NCBI GenBank assembly: GCA_017625065.1
Contig: JAGALS010000038.1
Location: forward strand, 7,139-71,138
DNA from: Clostridia bacterium
Lineage (GTDB): Bacteria; Bacillota; Clostridia; Oscillospirales; CAG-272
DNA length: 64,000 bases
Direction of reading: 5' to 3'
Each line of letters begins with the position of its first letter. Position 1 is the stretch's first letter. Both the position numbers and the translations under genes were made by a program. This document shows positions 9,049 to 19,780 of this stretch, piece by piece. The notes under the pieces are model-generated. The model had not been told where the DNA came from, ran no database searches, and worked only from the letters and a program-made list of their open reading frames with translations.

Positions 9049-9489
9049 ATGCTGTCCGGCGAATTTCATCATTCAATAGACGCTAAAAATCGAGTTTCCG
9101 TTCCCGCCAAGCTTCGTGAAGAGCTTGGAAGTGAATTTATGGTCGTGCGTAGCTTACGCGGCGACTGCTTGCGGTTTTTTTCGATCCCTGCGTGGAAAGA
9201 ATATATAGAGCCTCTCAAAAAGCTGCCCCGTGCCGTGTCTGAAAAGACCTTCTGGTTTTTGTATCACGATGCCGCACAGGTCTCTCCCGATTCCTTGGGA
9301 CGTGTGCTGCTGACCAAGGGACTGCTTGACTTTGCAAAGATCGAACCCGACGAAGCGGGGAACCGTAACGTCGTGATCGTCGGATGCGGCGATTTTGGCG
9401 AGATCTGGTCCGAGGCACTTTATAATAAGCACGTCGACGAAATGGATATCGAAGAGATTCGTCGCTCGCTTGAAGAAAGCGGACTTTGA
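9049..9489 (+). CDS. mraZ: Transcriptional regulator MraZ
   Basis: [27 protein letters not shown] is the typical MraZ N-terminus (DxKxRxxxP). RBS GAAGGGAGGG lies upstream. It is the first gene of the dcw cluster. The upstream ATG at 8989 in the ORF track lacks an RBS. Confidence 0.9.
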   Translation: MLSGEFHHSIDAKNRVSVPAKLREELGSEFMVVRSLRGDCLRFFSIPAWKEYIEPLKKLPRAVSEKTFWFLYHDAAQVSPDSLGRVLLTKGLLDFAKIEPDEAGNRNVVIVGCGDFGEIWSEALYNKHVDEMDIEEIRRSLEESGL

Positions 9490-9490
9490 T

Positions 9491-10426
9491 ATGTCACAGA
9501 ATTTTTCGCACCGTTCGGTGCTGCTTGAGGAATGTATTCAATCTCTTGCGATCCGTCCCGATGGCATCTATGTCGATGGAACTGCCGGTGGCGGCGGACA
9601 TTCGTTTGCGATTGCAAGCGCCTTGACAACGGGGTCGCTGATCGCGATCGATCGCGACGAAGCCGCGATCCTGGCGGCAAGCGAGCGTCTTGCTCCCCTT
9701 GGCGAGCGAGCTCGCGTGGTTCGCAGTAACTTTTCAGATGTCACTTCGGTGCTTGATACACTCCATATCGACCAAATAGACGGGCTTTTGCTCGATCTTG
9801 GTGTATCCTCTCACCAATTTGATGAAGCAGATCGCGGATTCTCTTACCGCAACGATGCTCCTTTGGATATGAGGATGGACAGACGGCAAGCAAAAAGCGC
9901 TTACGATGTCATCAACACCTATAGCGAAGAGGAGCTGCGCCGTATTCTTTACGAATACGGAGAAGAAAAATTTGCACCGCGTATCGCTGCTCGTATCGTA
10001 AAGGAGCGAGAGCTCGCACCCATTCAAACCACAAATCAGTTATCAGAGCTGATCAAAAGCGCAATTCCCGTAGCAGCTCGCGATGGCGGACATCCCGCCA
10101 AGCGTTCTTTTCAGGCAATCCGCATCGAAGTAAACGGTGAGCTGGATGTGATTGAGCCTACCATCGAGCAGGCGATCGCACGTATGAAAAAGGGCGGCAG
10201 ACTTGCGATCATTACCTTCCACTCGTTGGAGGATCGCATTGTGAAGCAAGCCTATCAAAAGCTGGCTTTAGGATGCACTTGCCCCAAAAGCTTTCCGGTT
10301 TGCGTTTGCGGCAACAAGCCTAAGATCCGTATTTTGACCAAAAAACCGATTCTGCCAAGCGAGAATGAGCTTGCAGAAAATCCCCGCTCTCACAGCGCTA
10401 AATTGAGGGTGGCTGAAAAATTGTAA
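9491..10426 (+). CDS. rsmH: 16S rRNA (cytosine1402-N4)-methyltransferase RsmH
   Basis: The translation shows [33 protein letters not shown] and [12 protein letters not shown] motifs. It follows mraZ. Confidence 0.92.
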   Translation: MSQNFSHRSVLLEECIQSLAIRPDGIYVDGTAGGGGHSFAIASALTTGSLIAIDRDEAAILAASERLAPLGERARVVRSNFSDVTSVLDTLHIDQIDGLLLDLGVSSHQFDEADRGFSYRNDAPLDMRMDRRQAKSAYDVINTYSEEELRRILYEYGEEKFAPRIAARIVKERELAPIQTTNQLSELIKSAIPVAARDGGHPAKRSFQAIRIEVNGELDVIEPTIEQAIARMKKGGRLAIITFHSLEDRIVKQAYQKLALGCTCPKSFPVCVCGNKPKIRILTKKPILPSENELAENPRSHSAKLRVAEKL

Positions 10427-10446
10427 GAAAAAAGGAGGCGCAGAGA

Positions 10447-11139
10447 ATGGATCGCGCACAAGCATACGAAAAAATCTATTTCAATGACAATTATAAGGAA
10501 CAGTTCGAAGCATTGCGCAACCGTTACCATACCCGCACGCAAGAAGCTTTGCAGGGTAGAAAGGTAGACCATGCCCCTGTGCCGAACGCCACGACTATTG
10601 TATATCTGAACGACAATGGCGACGGTGATGTTTACGTTACTACGGGCGATTTTGTTGAATATTTCAATCGCCGCTTTGGCGGCTCTGACCGCATCGGCGC
10701 AATGCGTAGATCCCTTTCCGGCGCTGTTCGCAAAGCAGAGCTGTGCCGCGAGAGCAAAAAGGATCGCCGCGCTTCTGCATCCGAGACCCATCGCGAAAGA
10801 AGAAGCTTTCAGCCCCTGCGCTCCGTCAGATCCGGATTTTCCTTCCTGCATGCCGTGCTTGCTATGGTGCTGATCCTTTCTATCGGTATTCTTGGCGGAA
10901 CCTCTCTTCTGCTTGAGCGTGCTGAGGCTGAGGTTATGGCGCTTGAGGAGGAGGTCGCGATCCTGGAGGCGACCCACGGAACCTTGATGGTCGATCAGTA
11001 CAACGCCACCGCGATTGAGGATCAAGCATCTTATCCCGATATGTCGGGCGGTGACAGTGTTGAGATCTATCCTGCTGTAAAGGGTGGCGGCGTGGAAATG
11101 GCTTCTTTGCTGAACGCGCTTGCTTCACTTGGCAAATAA
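10447..11139 (+). CDS. FtsL-position bitopic membrane protein (atypical, 230 aa)
   Basis: RBS AAAGGAGG. There is a single TM helix (FSFLHAVLAMVLILSIGILGGTSLLL) followed by the heptad-like segment ERAEAEVMALEEEVAILEA. It sits between rsmH and the PBP gene, where ftsL normally lies. The N-terminal cytoplasmic region of about 130 aa is unusual. Confidence 0.5.
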   Translation: MDRAQAYEKIYFNDNYKEQFEALRNRYHTRTQEALQGRKVDHAPVPNATTIVYLNDNGDGDVYVTTGDFVEYFNRRFGGSDRIGAMRRSLSGAVRKAELCRESKKDRRASASETHRERRSFQPLRSVRSGFSFLHAVLAMVLILSIGILGGTSLLLERAEAEVMALEEEVAILEATHGTLMVDQYNATAIEDQASYPDMSGGDSVEIYPAVKGGGVEMASLLNALASLGK

Positions 11140-11257
11140 GGTCTAAATCCTGAAGAACACGAATAAAATATGGATGCGACGAACGTCGCTGTCCAACGGC
11201 GGAACTTGCCACTGGGGCAAGCTCCGCCTTTTCTTTTTTCAAAACGGAGGATCAGAT

Positions 11258-13498
11258 ATGCCAAAACCGCTTGTCAGTCGCAGAACGCTGAAGCGCTCGT
11301 CTGTGATCGCGCTTGGACTTGTTCTAATCTTTCTTTTTCTGGCGCTTCGCATTTTTGCGATCCAGGTGTTTGACTTTGCGCGCTATCAGAAAAAGGTGAT
11401 CGACCAATTGACGACCGAATCACCCGTTCGCGCCAAAAGAGGAGAGATCTTGGATGCCGCGGGGCGCGTGCTTGCCACGAATCAAACGGTGTATCGCGTT
11501 TCGGTTTTTCCGAACGTGATCGCGCGCGCTGACGATAGCGAGAAAACCGCCGCCTTGATCGCCGAAGGGCTTTCCTCTATTGTGCAAGGGCTGAAAAAGG
11601 AGACGGTGCTTGATCATATTTCCCACACAGCGGAGCTGGAACGCACTGTCGTGCGAGAGACCAATACCGAAACGGCGAATGCGATCCTTGGCTTTATCGG
11701 AGAGCACGATCTGCACGAAATGCTGACGGTAGAGGCAGTTACCACCCGTTATTATCCTTATGGTAGCCTCGCCTCACATTTACTTGGTTTTACGGGCAGC
11801 GACGGGCAGGGGCTATACGGACTCGAGCTGCAATACGACAGCGCTCTTTCGGGGGAAAACGGCTCTTATATCACAGCTCGCGACTCTACGGGAAACGCAC
11901 TGCCCACCCCCTATGAGGCATATGTTCCCGCGAGCGACGGATATACCTTACATACCACCATAGATGCATATGTTCAATCGGTCTTAGAGGAGCAGCTGGA
12001 GCGTGCTATGATCGAATCAAAGGCGGCTAACCGCGTGTGTGGCATCGTGATGGACGTGAATACGGGGGCGATCCTTGCTATGGCGACGGGACCTTCCTTT
12101 GACCTCAACGCACCCTTTGAACTAAACAACGCCTGTGCCGCGGAGCTTGCGGCGCTTGGATACACAGAAGGCAGCGATGCATATAAAGCGGCAAAGAGCG
12201 AGCTCTTGCTGGAGACCTGGTCCAATAAAGCGGTGACCGAGATCTATATGCCGGGCTCTACCTTTAAGACCTTGACCTGCTCTATGGTGTTGGAGGAAAA
12301 GGCGGTCACCAATTTGAACGAGGGCTTTTTCTGCAGCGGATGTATGGCTGTGGCAGACCGCCTCATCCATTGCCATAAGGTGGGCGGACACGGAAGTCTG
12401 ACTTTTACAGAAGGGCTGCAAAACTCCTGTAATCCGGTTATGATGACGATTGCGGCTCGCCTTGGGTGTGAGTGCTTTTATGACTATGTGCGTAAATTTG
12501 GTTTGCTTGAAAAAACCGGGATCGACCTGCCGGGCGAGGGGAATTCGATCTTTCACGCCGCATCCAATTTTACGGCGCTTGATCTTGCAACAGCATCCTT
12601 CGGACAGAATTTCAAGGTGTCGATCCTGCAAATGATCACGGCGGTCAGCGCCGTTGCAAACGGCGGAGAGCTGCTGACACCATACGTGGTAGAGCGTATG
12701 AGCGACGCGGATGGAAATGTCGTTTATTCGCACGAAAAAAGTGTGAGAAGGAGAGTCATCAGCAAGGAGACAGCAAAGACCATATCCGAGATCCTTGCCG
12801 GGGGCGTTGCGGGGGATGGCGGCGCGAAAAATGCTTACGTAGCAGGGTATCGTGTTGCCGCAAAAACAGGCACGTCCGAAAAGATCGGCGACGATCGCAG
12901 TGCCCGCATCGGCTCCTGCGTGGCGTATGCTCCCGCAGATAACCCCGAGGTTGCCGTCATCATCGTGGTCGATGAGCCGACTGACGGCAGTCGCTACGGC
13001 AGTGTGGTGGCGGCGCCGTTTGTGGCGGGTGTGATCAAGAACATTTTACCTTATATGGGCGTTGAGACTGTCTATACCGAGGAGGAAGAAAAAAATTTGA
13101 CCTTGACCGTGCCGAATTGTATCGGTTGGAGCCGCGAGGAAGCGGCTGCTATTCTGGGACAATCGGGCTTTCAGTATTCTTTTGTGGGAGATGGGGATAT
13201 CGTAACTGCCCAAACCCCCGAGGCTTTCAGCAATGTGGAAAGAGTGGGGGCTACGGTGGTGCTGACGATGGGCGAAGGGCGTGCGGGTAGTGTGATTTTG
13301 CCGGAGCTTGTCGGTATGACCGCCTCAATGGCAAACCGAGTCTTGATCGATCTTGGATTGAACGTTGCCATTGAAGGTGCCGCCGATTCGCTCAAGGCCA
13401 ATAAGACCGTCATTGGGCAATCAATTCCTTCGGGGAGCGAGGTTGCAAAGGGAACGGTCATCACGTTACACTTCTCGTATGACGAAATGATCGAATAG
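11258..13498 (+). CDS. Class B penicillin-binding protein (FtsI/SpoVD/PBP2B-like) with two C-terminal PASTA domains
   Basis: RBS GGAGG lies upstream of the ATG at 11258. It has an N-terminal TM anchor and the transpeptidase motifs STFK, SCN and KTGT. The C-terminus has two PASTA-like repeats (VPNCIGWSREEAAAIL... and LPELVGMTASMANRVL...). Confidence 0.9.
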   Translation: MPKPLVSRRTLKRSSVIALGLVLIFLFLALRIFAIQVFDFARYQKKVIDQLTTESPVRAKRGEILDAAGRVLATNQTVYRVSVFPNVIARADDSEKTAALIAEGLSSIVQGLKKETVLDHISHTAELERTVVRETNTETANAILGFIGEHDLHEMLTVEAVTTRYYPYGSLASHLLGFTGSDGQGLYGLELQYDSALSGENGSYITARDSTGNALPTPYEAYVPASDGYTLHTTIDAYVQSVLEEQLERAMIESKAANRVCGIVMDVNTGAILAMATGPSFDLNAPFELNNACAAELAALGYTEGSDAYKAAKSELLLETWSNKAVTEIYMPGSTFKTLTCSMVLEEKAVTNLNEGFFCSGCMAVADRLIHCHKVGGHGSLTFTEGLQNSCNPVMMTIAARLGCECFYDYVRKFGLLEKTGIDLPGEGNSIFHAASNFTALDLATASFGQNFKVSILQMITAVSAVANGGELLTPYVVERMSDADGNVVYSHEKSVRRRVISKETAKTISEILAGGVAGDGGAKNAYVAGYRVAAKTGTSEKIGDDRSARIGSCVAYAPADNPEVAVIIVVDEPTDGSRYGSVVAAPFVAGVIKNILPYMGVETVYTEEEEKNLTLTVPNCIGWSREEAAAILGQSGFQYSFVGDGDIVTAQTPEAFSNVERVGATVVLTMGEGRAGSVILPELVGMTASMANRVLIDLGLNVAIEGAADSLKANKTVIGQSIPSGSEVAKGTVITLHFSYDEMIE

Positions 13499-13507
13499 GA
13501 GGTGGCT

Positions 13508-14986
13508 ATGCAGTTAAGGGAGCTTCTTGAACAGGCAGGTTACGCAGTTCCTGCTCATTTAAGAGATCGCGAGATCACGGGCATTTCGTCGGATTCTCGT
13601 ACGGTGAAAGGGGGAAATCTTTTTGTTGCGATACAGGGACTTTCTCACGACGGCGGTCGTTTTGTCGGGCAAGCGCTTGAACGCGGCGCTGCTTTTGTGA
13701 TCTGTGAGCGATGCCTTGAAGGGGTAGAAGCGCTTGTAGTGGAAAATGCCCGTGCCGCGCTTGCGCGGTTGTTTGACGCCTGGTACGGGCACCCCGCCAA
13801 GGAGCTTTCGCTGATCGGGATTACGGGTACCAACGGTAAGACCTCCACGGCGGCAATGCTGTATGCGATATTGCGGCAATGCGGTTTTCCCTGTGGACTT
13901 ATCGGCACGGTGGAATGTCGCTTGAATGATCGGATATTGATCGCTCCAAACGACGATCGGCTTGCCAATATGACCACCCCCGATCCCGCACAGCTCTATG
14001 CGCTTCTGGCGCAGATGCGGGACGGCGGGGCAAAATACGTTTTGATGGAGGTCACCTCTCACGCGCTGGCCTTTTCCAAAGTAGCGCCCTTGCACTTTGC
14101 GCGAGCAGTGTTTACTAATCTCACCCCCGATCATCTGGATCTTCACGGCGATATGGAGAGCTATTTTGCCGAAAAGCGCAAATTATTTGATGCTTGCGAC
14201 GAAGCGGTGATCTCTTGCTCAACGCCGTACGGCGAACGCCTTGCGAATGGATTGGATATACCCTTGTGGCGCATCGATGGGCAAATCTTACAAGATCCCG
14301 TCCAAAATGGGAAGGATGGCGTGGCGTTCACACTTTCTCTTTTGGGAAAGACACCGCTTCGTATCGATCTGCCCGTCCCGGGGAGCTTTTCAATCGAAAA
14401 CGGTGCGCTGGCGGCGATGACAGCATTGAGCCTTGGCGTAAAGCCCGGGGTGATCCAATCGGCGCTTGCGGACTTTTCGGGGGTGAAGGGAAGGATGGAG
14501 CGCGTTGGCATAAATCCTTTTGGTATTTCGGTTTTTTTAGATTACGCGCACACGCCTGATGCGTTGGAAAAGCTATTGCGTACGGTGCGAGGCTTTTGCA
14601 CTGAAAACGAGCGCATCATCCTGATGTTTGGCTGTGGTGGCGATCGGGATCGAAGTAAGCGCGCCGAGATGGGAAGGATCGCTTCGCGGCTTGCCGATCT
14701 TGTGATCCTGACCTCGGATAACTGCCGCACCGAATCACCCGAACGAATTTTGTGTGATATTTTGAAAGGGATCGACAAAGAAAAGCCCTTTCGGGTATTG
14801 CCCGACCGCCAAAAAGCGATTGAATTTGCAATCGGAAATGCTAAACGCGGTGACGTGATCTTGCTTGTGGGCAAGGGGCACGAGGAATATGAGATCCGCG
14901 GCAGAGAGCGGCTTGTGTTTTGTGAGCGAGAGATCGTTGTATCTTGTATGGCGAAGCGAGCGGAGTGCGAAGCAGATGCGAATTAA
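13508..14986 (+). CDS. murE: UDP-N-acetylmuramoyl-L-alanyl-D-glutamate--2,6-diaminopimelate ligase
   Basis: Mur ligase P-loop GITGTNGKTST. The DNCR motif (SDNCRTE) is close to the DNPR motif typical of meso-DAP-adding MurE. dcw context. An alternative GTG start lies at 13502. Confidence 0.9.
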   Translation: MQLRELLEQAGYAVPAHLRDREITGISSDSRTVKGGNLFVAIQGLSHDGGRFVGQALERGAAFVICERCLEGVEALVVENARAALARLFDAWYGHPAKELSLIGITGTNGKTSTAAMLYAILRQCGFPCGLIGTVECRLNDRILIAPNDDRLANMTTPDPAQLYALLAQMRDGGAKYVLMEVTSHALAFSKVAPLHFARAVFTNLTPDHLDLHGDMESYFAEKRKLFDACDEAVISCSTPYGERLANGLDIPLWRIDGQILQDPVQNGKDGVAFTLSLLGKTPLRIDLPVPGSFSIENGALAAMTALSLGVKPGVIQSALADFSGVKGRMERVGINPFGISVFLDYAHTPDALEKLLRTVRGFCTENERIILMFGCGGDRDRSKRAEMGRIASRLADLVILTSDNCRTESPERILCDILKGIDKEKPFRVLPDRQKAIEFAIGNAKRGDVILLVGKGHEEYEIRGRERLVFCEREIVVSCMAKRAECEADAN

Positions 14987-16394
14987 ACTTTGCGAAATAC
15001 TGCGCGATCCCGTACTGCTTGCCGAGGCGTTGCAAGCAAAGCTGTTGGATACAAGCTATACCATAGGTGAGAAGGCACGCATCCAAGGGATCGCGACCGA
15101 TTCGCGCGAGGTGGAGGAAGGCGATCTTTTTGTTGCCCTGCGCGGAGAGCGCGAGGACGGAGTCGCCTATGTTTTCGATGCGCTTTCAAGAGGCGCTGTC
15201 GGTATTTTAAGCACCTCTGATGTATCGAGCATCGGCGAGAACGCTTTGTATTTTACGGCGGATGACCCCGTTGCGGCGCTGATGCGCGCCGCGGCTTGGC
15301 GGCGTCGGCAAAGCGATGCCTTTGTGATCGCCGTCGGGGGCAGCACGGGTAAGACCACCACAAAGGAAGCGCTGTCGATCCTTTTAAACGAAGCGGGCAG
15401 TGTAGCACGGACAGAGGGGAATTACAATAGCACGATCGGGCTGCCGCTCTCGATTTTATCCTTTGAGGAAGGCTACCGTTATTGGGTAACGGAGATTGGC
15501 ATCAATCACATCGGCGAAATGGAAGGAATGACGCGATCGGTATGTCCCGATCTTGCGATCCTGACCAACGTGGGAACGGCACATATCGGGCATTTCGGTG
15601 ATTTTTCGACCTTGCTTTACGAAAAAGCTAAGATTGCATCAAATCTTTCAAGCACAGGACTGCTGCTTGCTCCTGCCGAGCTGCCGATCAGCGCGTTTCC
15701 TTGCGCGCACGGTCGCATCAGACGTGTCGGAAATAGCAAAAACGCGGATTTTTATATGGAAAATGTTGTTATGAGCGAAAAGGGGATCAAGGGGGATTTG
15801 ATCTGTCCCGATCGGGTCATAACTAATCTTAATTGGTCTGTGCCGGGTGTGGTGGGGCTATCGACACTGACCACGGTTTCTGCGGCGGCGGTGCTTTGTG
15901 GCTGCGGTGATGAAATGATACGAAACGGACTGGGAAAGGCGTCGTTGCAAACGCCGCGGCTTCGCACCTTTTTACTTGGAGATCAACTGATCATAGACGA
16001 TACCTACAACGCTTCGCCCGAATCGGTCGCGGGCGCGCTCGAGGTGCTTTCTTATCGTGCCAAAGACCGACCGAGGGTGGCTGTGCTTGGCGATATGCTG
16101 GAGCTTGGAGAGCACAGTGAGATGCTGCATCAAGCGGTGGGGGAAGCTGTGGCGAAAGTGGGTGTTTCGATGCTGTTTACTTACGGCGATCAGACATTAC
16201 ACGTTGCCAAGGGAGCCAAAGCTTGCGGCATACACGCGGATATGATATTTTCCTTTGGAAGAGGGGAAGAAAGCGAACTTGCACAGGCGATATGCCGCCA
16301 CGCGCCGCGCTCTGCCGCGATCCTTTTCAAGGCATCCGGTAAAATGAGACTTGGAAAAATAGTTGAAATGATAGGGGAAAATGATGGGAGGTAG
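14976..16394 (+). CDS. murF: UDP-N-acetylmuramoyl-tripeptide--D-alanyl-D-alanine ligase
   Basis: P-loop GGSTGKTTTKE and the motif DDTYNASPES. The start overlaps the murE stop by 11 nt. The ORF-track start at 14865 would be an unsupported N-terminal extension. Confidence 0.9.
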   Translation: MRIKLCEILRDPVLLAEALQAKLLDTSYTIGEKARIQGIATDSREVEEGDLFVALRGEREDGVAYVFDALSRGAVGILSTSDVSSIGENALYFTADDPVAALMRAAAWRRRQSDAFVIAVGGSTGKTTTKEALSILLNEAGSVARTEGNYNSTIGLPLSILSFEEGYRYWVTEIGINHIGEMEGMTRSVCPDLAILTNVGTAHIGHFGDFSTLLYEKAKIASNLSSTGLLLAPAELPISAFPCAHGRIRRVGNSKNADFYMENVVMSEKGIKGDLICPDRVITNLNWSVPGVVGLSTLTTVSAAAVLCGCGDEMIRNGLGKASLQTPRLRTFLLGDQLIIDDTYNASPESVAGALEVLSYRAKDRPRVAVLGDMLELGEHSEMLHQAVGEAVAKVGVSMLFTYGDQTLHVAKGAKACGIHADMIFSFGRGEESELAQAICRHAPRSAAILFKASGKMRLGKIVEMIGENDGR

Positions 16395-16400
16395 ATCGTC

Positions 16401-17396
16401 TTGAACGTTGAGAGCTTATATACCGCTTTGGCACTGTTTGCAATGACCTTCTTGCTGACAGTTGTTTTTTCGCATTTTCTCATTCCCATATTGCGTCGCC
16501 ATCGGGCGGGGCAGCCCATTCTGGAGATTGGTCCCTCCTGGCATCTTTCCAAGGCGGGCACACCAACGCTTGGCGGACTTGCCTTTATCGTCGGGATCGG
16601 CGGGGCACTATTACTGTACGCGATATATCTGTTGTTGACCAAGGAGAGCAATTCGTTGCGTGCCTTGTCACTGATCTTTATTTACGGTGTGCTTTGCGGT
16701 GCGATCGGCTTTTTTGACGATTACCGCAAGCTCGTAAAAAAAGAAAATCAGGGGCTCAGCGCGCCGCAAAAATACTTGCTTTTGCTGCTTGCATCGGCAC
16801 TGTTTTTGTTCGCATCGCGTGTCGCTTTGCAGACCGACACCTCGATCGCGTTGCCGTTTGCCGATCGCTCCTTGGAGCTTGGCGTTTTTTATTATCCGCT
16901 TGCCTTGCTTTACCTTACGGGGCTTGTGAATGCGCTTAATCTTACCGACGGTGTAGATGGGTTGCTGTCCTCGACCGTTGCCGTTGTAGCTGCTTTTTTC
17001 CTGCTTTGGGGGTATAGTGAGGGCGAAGAAACAGCAGTCATCGTCGGCGCATTGCTGCTTGGTGCGACACTTGGCTTTCTTTGCTTCAATGCACACCCCG
17101 CAAAGGTCTTTATGGGCGATACGGGGTCGCTGTTTTTCGGCGGTGTGGTCTCAGCCGTTGGGATCGTGACCGAGCATCCCGTGCTTGTATTGCTTTCCTG
17201 CGGTGTTTTCGTGATTGAGGCGGGATCTGTGATCTTGCAAGTGATCTTTTTCAAGCTCTCGCACGGAAAGCGCCTGTTCCGCATGGCGCCCTTGCATCAT
17301 CATTTTGAAAAATGCGGATGGAGCGAATGGCGCGTGGTCGCGGTATTCTCTGCAGTCGGCGCACTCTTTTCTGCCGTGGCATTTTTGGGGAGGTGA
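16401..17396 (+). CDS. mraY: Phospho-N-acetylmuramoyl-pentapeptide transferase
   Basis: TTG start 9 nt after GGAGG. Polytopic membrane protein with the motifs NLTDGVDGL, FMGDTGSL and PLHHHFE. Confidence 0.92.
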   Translation: MNVESLYTALALFAMTFLLTVVFSHFLIPILRRHRAGQPILEIGPSWHLSKAGTPTLGGLAFIVGIGGALLLYAIYLLLTKESNSLRALSLIFIYGVLCGAIGFFDDYRKLVKKENQGLSAPQKYLLLLLASALFLFASRVALQTDTSIALPFADRSLELGVFYYPLALLYLTGLVNALNLTDGVDGLLSSTVAVVAAFFLLWGYSEGEETAVIVGALLLGATLGFLCFNAHPAKVFMGDTGSLFFGGVVSAVGIVTEHPVLVLLSCGVFVIEAGSVILQVIFFKLSHGKRLFRMAPLHHHFEKCGWSEWRVVAVFSAVGALFSAVAFLGR

Positions 17397-17401
17397 AGTG
17401 A

Positions 17402-18583
17402 GTGGAAGGATCCGTTGGCTTTCGTCAGCTTTTTTTCTCGGTTCGAGGAAAGGATAAAAATGAGCAGAAGGGAACACCCGATACGGTTTTTCTGTTGCTT
17501 GTGCTGCTGATGCTCGCTTGCGGTACTGTGATGTCTTACAGCGCAAGCTCTGTTTACGGAGAGCAGTTTTATAACGACAGCACCTATTTTTTGAAGCGCT
17601 ACGTCATTTTCGCGGTGCTTTCAATTTGCTTGAGCGCGCCCTTTGTGCTGTTCGCAAAGCCGGCGTTCTTTCGTGCCTTTGCCGTTTTTTTGTACAGCGC
17701 ATCGCTGTTTTTGCTGATCCTTGTATTGCTGATCGGTACGGTGGGGGGCGGCGCGCAGCGCTGGCTTGTGCTAGGGCCCATCACTTTGCAGCCATCCGAG
17801 GTTGCAAAGCTCGGGCTTGTGCTGATGCTCGCGCTTGTTATGAGCAAATACGAGGACAAGATCACCTCGCCGAAAAAACGGGGCGGCAGCATCCGCTATG
17901 GCGTGCTTTTGCCGGGTGCCCTGATCGGTGCTGTTTGTCTGCTGGTCGCCGCCGAAAAGCATATTTCGGGGCTTTTGATCATCGGTATGCTTGGCGTTGG
18001 CGTGATGTTCCTTGGTGGCACGCGCTTGCGCTATCTTGCCTTTATGGCGATCGCGGTGGCGGCGGCGGGAACGCTTTTGGTGCTTGTTTCTTCCTATGCT
18101 CAAGTGCGTGTGGATACGTGGCTACATATCGAGCAGGTCGATCCCCTGGGCTCGGCGTGGCAGACCCTACAGGGGCTTTATGCCATTGGTTCGGGAGGGC
18201 TGTTCGGTTTGGGACTTGGAAAGGGACGGCAAAAGCACGGATATGTGTCACAGCCGCAAAATGACTTTATCTTTACTGTGATCTGCGAGGAGCTTGGCTT
18301 CTTCGGTGCGCTTTTGATCCTGATCTTGTTCGTGCTTCTTGTCTTGCGCGGCTTTCGCATCGCTTCGCACGCACCCGATCGCTTCAGCGCGCTTGTGGTT
18401 TACGGGATCTCCTTAAAGCTTGCCCTGCAAACCATACTTAACGTGGCAGTGGTGACCAATTCTATGCCGAACACGGGGGTATCGCTCCCGTTTTTCAGCT
18501 CGGGCGGCACCTTTCTTGCTATGCAGATTTTTGAAATGGGGATCGTGCTGGCGATATCTCGTTACAGCACGCAAAAACGTTGA
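17402..18583 (+). CDS. ftsW: SEDS-family peptidoglycan glycosyltransferase FtsW/SpoVE
   Basis: GTG start 8 nt after GGGGAGG. Multi-TM protein with the motifs GAQRWL, LQPSEVAKL and PNTGVSLPFFSSGG. The start codon choice is uncertain. Confidence 0.85.
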   Translation: MEGSVGFRQLFFSVRGKDKNEQKGTPDTVFLLLVLLMLACGTVMSYSASSVYGEQFYNDSTYFLKRYVIFAVLSICLSAPFVLFAKPAFFRAFAVFLYSASLFLLILVLLIGTVGGGAQRWLVLGPITLQPSEVAKLGLVLMLALVMSKYEDKITSPKKRGGSIRYGVLLPGALIGAVCLLVAAEKHISGLLIIGMLGVGVMFLGGTRLRYLAFMAIAVAAAGTLLVLVSSYAQVRVDTWLHIEQVDPLGSAWQTLQGLYAIGSGGLFGLGLGKGRQKHGYVSQPQNDFIFTVICEELGFFGALLILILFVLLVLRGFRIASHAPDRFSALVVYGISLKLALQTILNVAVVTNSMPNTGVSLPFFSSGGTFLAMQIFEMGIVLAISRYSTQKR

Positions 18584-18584
18584 T

Positions 18585-19679
18585 ATGAGAATGATCGTGA
18601 CTTGTGGCGGTACGGGCGGACACATCACACCTGCCCTGGCGATTGCCGATACGGTGAAAATGAATGACCCGCACGCCGAGATCCTGTTTGTCGGCAGTGA
18701 GCGCGGTATGGAGAACACCTTGGTGAGGGAAGGGGGCTATGAGATGCAAACACTTCGGGTAGAGGGCATTTCGCGCAGCCTTTCACCCAAAAATTTTCGC
18801 GCTTTGTATTTTGCTGTGAGTGCCGTAGGGGAAGCGAAGCGGCTGATCCGCGCGTTTTTGCCCGACATCGTGATCGGTACGGGCGGATATGCCTGCTATC
18901 CCACCTTACGCGCGGCGGCGATGCTTAAAGTGCCTTGTGCCGTTCACGAATCCAATGCCGTTCCGGGGCTTGCCGTGAAGCGCCTTGCCGCCAAGGTGGA
19001 TCGGGTGTGGCTGAATTTCGATGCCGCCAAAAAGGAGCTGCCGAGGGCGGCAAAGACCTTAACGGTCGGCAATCCGTTGCCGATCGGTTACAGACAGGGC
19101 GGGGGAGCGCTGCGCCTGCCCGAAGGGTGCAACCGTATGGTGCTTTCATTTGGCGGCAGCCTTGGCGCAAGAGAGCTGAACCGTGCGGTGCTTGATCTGA
19201 TGGAGCGCGAGCGTGCTCTCGCGAACGTCTATCATTGCCACGCCACGGGAAAGCGCGAGTACGATCGCTTTTGTGTCGAATTTAAGGCGCGAGGGCTCAC
19301 GGAATGCCGGAATCTTGAGGTACTGCCCTTTATCAATGATATGCCGCGCCGTATGGCGGCGGCGGACGTGGTGATCTGCCGTGCGGGGGCGATGAGCATC
19401 AGTGAGATCGCCGCGGCAAAATGCGCCGCGGTGCTGATCCCCTCACCAAACGTGACGGGTGATCATCAGTATAAAAACGCAAAGGTCCTTGCCGATGCGG
19501 GAGCCGCTTGTCTTGTCAGTGAGGATCGTTTAAAGGACGGGGAACTTTGCGAAACGGTGCTATCGCTTCTTGACTCCAAAGAAAAGCGAAGAGCGCTTTC
19601 AAGCGCAGTTAGTGCCTTTGCCCACCCCCACGCAAATCGCTTGATATATGAGGATATCAAAAAGCTGATCAAACAATAA
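18585..19679 (+). CDS. murG: Undecaprenyldiphospho-muramoylpentapeptide beta-N-acetylglucosaminyltransferase
   Basis: MRMIVTCGGTGGHITPALAIA is the G-loop. The C-terminus has GAMSISEIAA and DHQYKNA. The start follows the ftsW stop directly. Confidence 0.9.
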   Translation: MRMIVTCGGTGGHITPALAIADTVKMNDPHAEILFVGSERGMENTLVREGGYEMQTLRVEGISRSLSPKNFRALYFAVSAVGEAKRLIRAFLPDIVIGTGGYACYPTLRAAAMLKVPCAVHESNAVPGLAVKRLAAKVDRVWLNFDAAKKELPRAAKTLTVGNPLPIGYRQGGGALRLPEGCNRMVLSFGGSLGARELNRAVLDLMERERALANVYHCHATGKREYDRFCVEFKARGLTECRNLEVLPFINDMPRRMAAADVVICRAGAMSISEIAAAKCAAVLIPSPNVTGDHQYKNAKVLADAGAACLVSEDRLKDGELCETVLSLLDSKEKRRALSSAVSAFAHPHANRLIYEDIKKLIKQ

Positions 19680-19780
19680 GAAAAGGTCGCGCATTGCCGA
19701 ATTTAAAGGAAAAATATCAGTTTTTCCCGACGGCGGTCGCGACCTGTCTTTTCTTTTTTGAAAAATATTTATAAAACATC

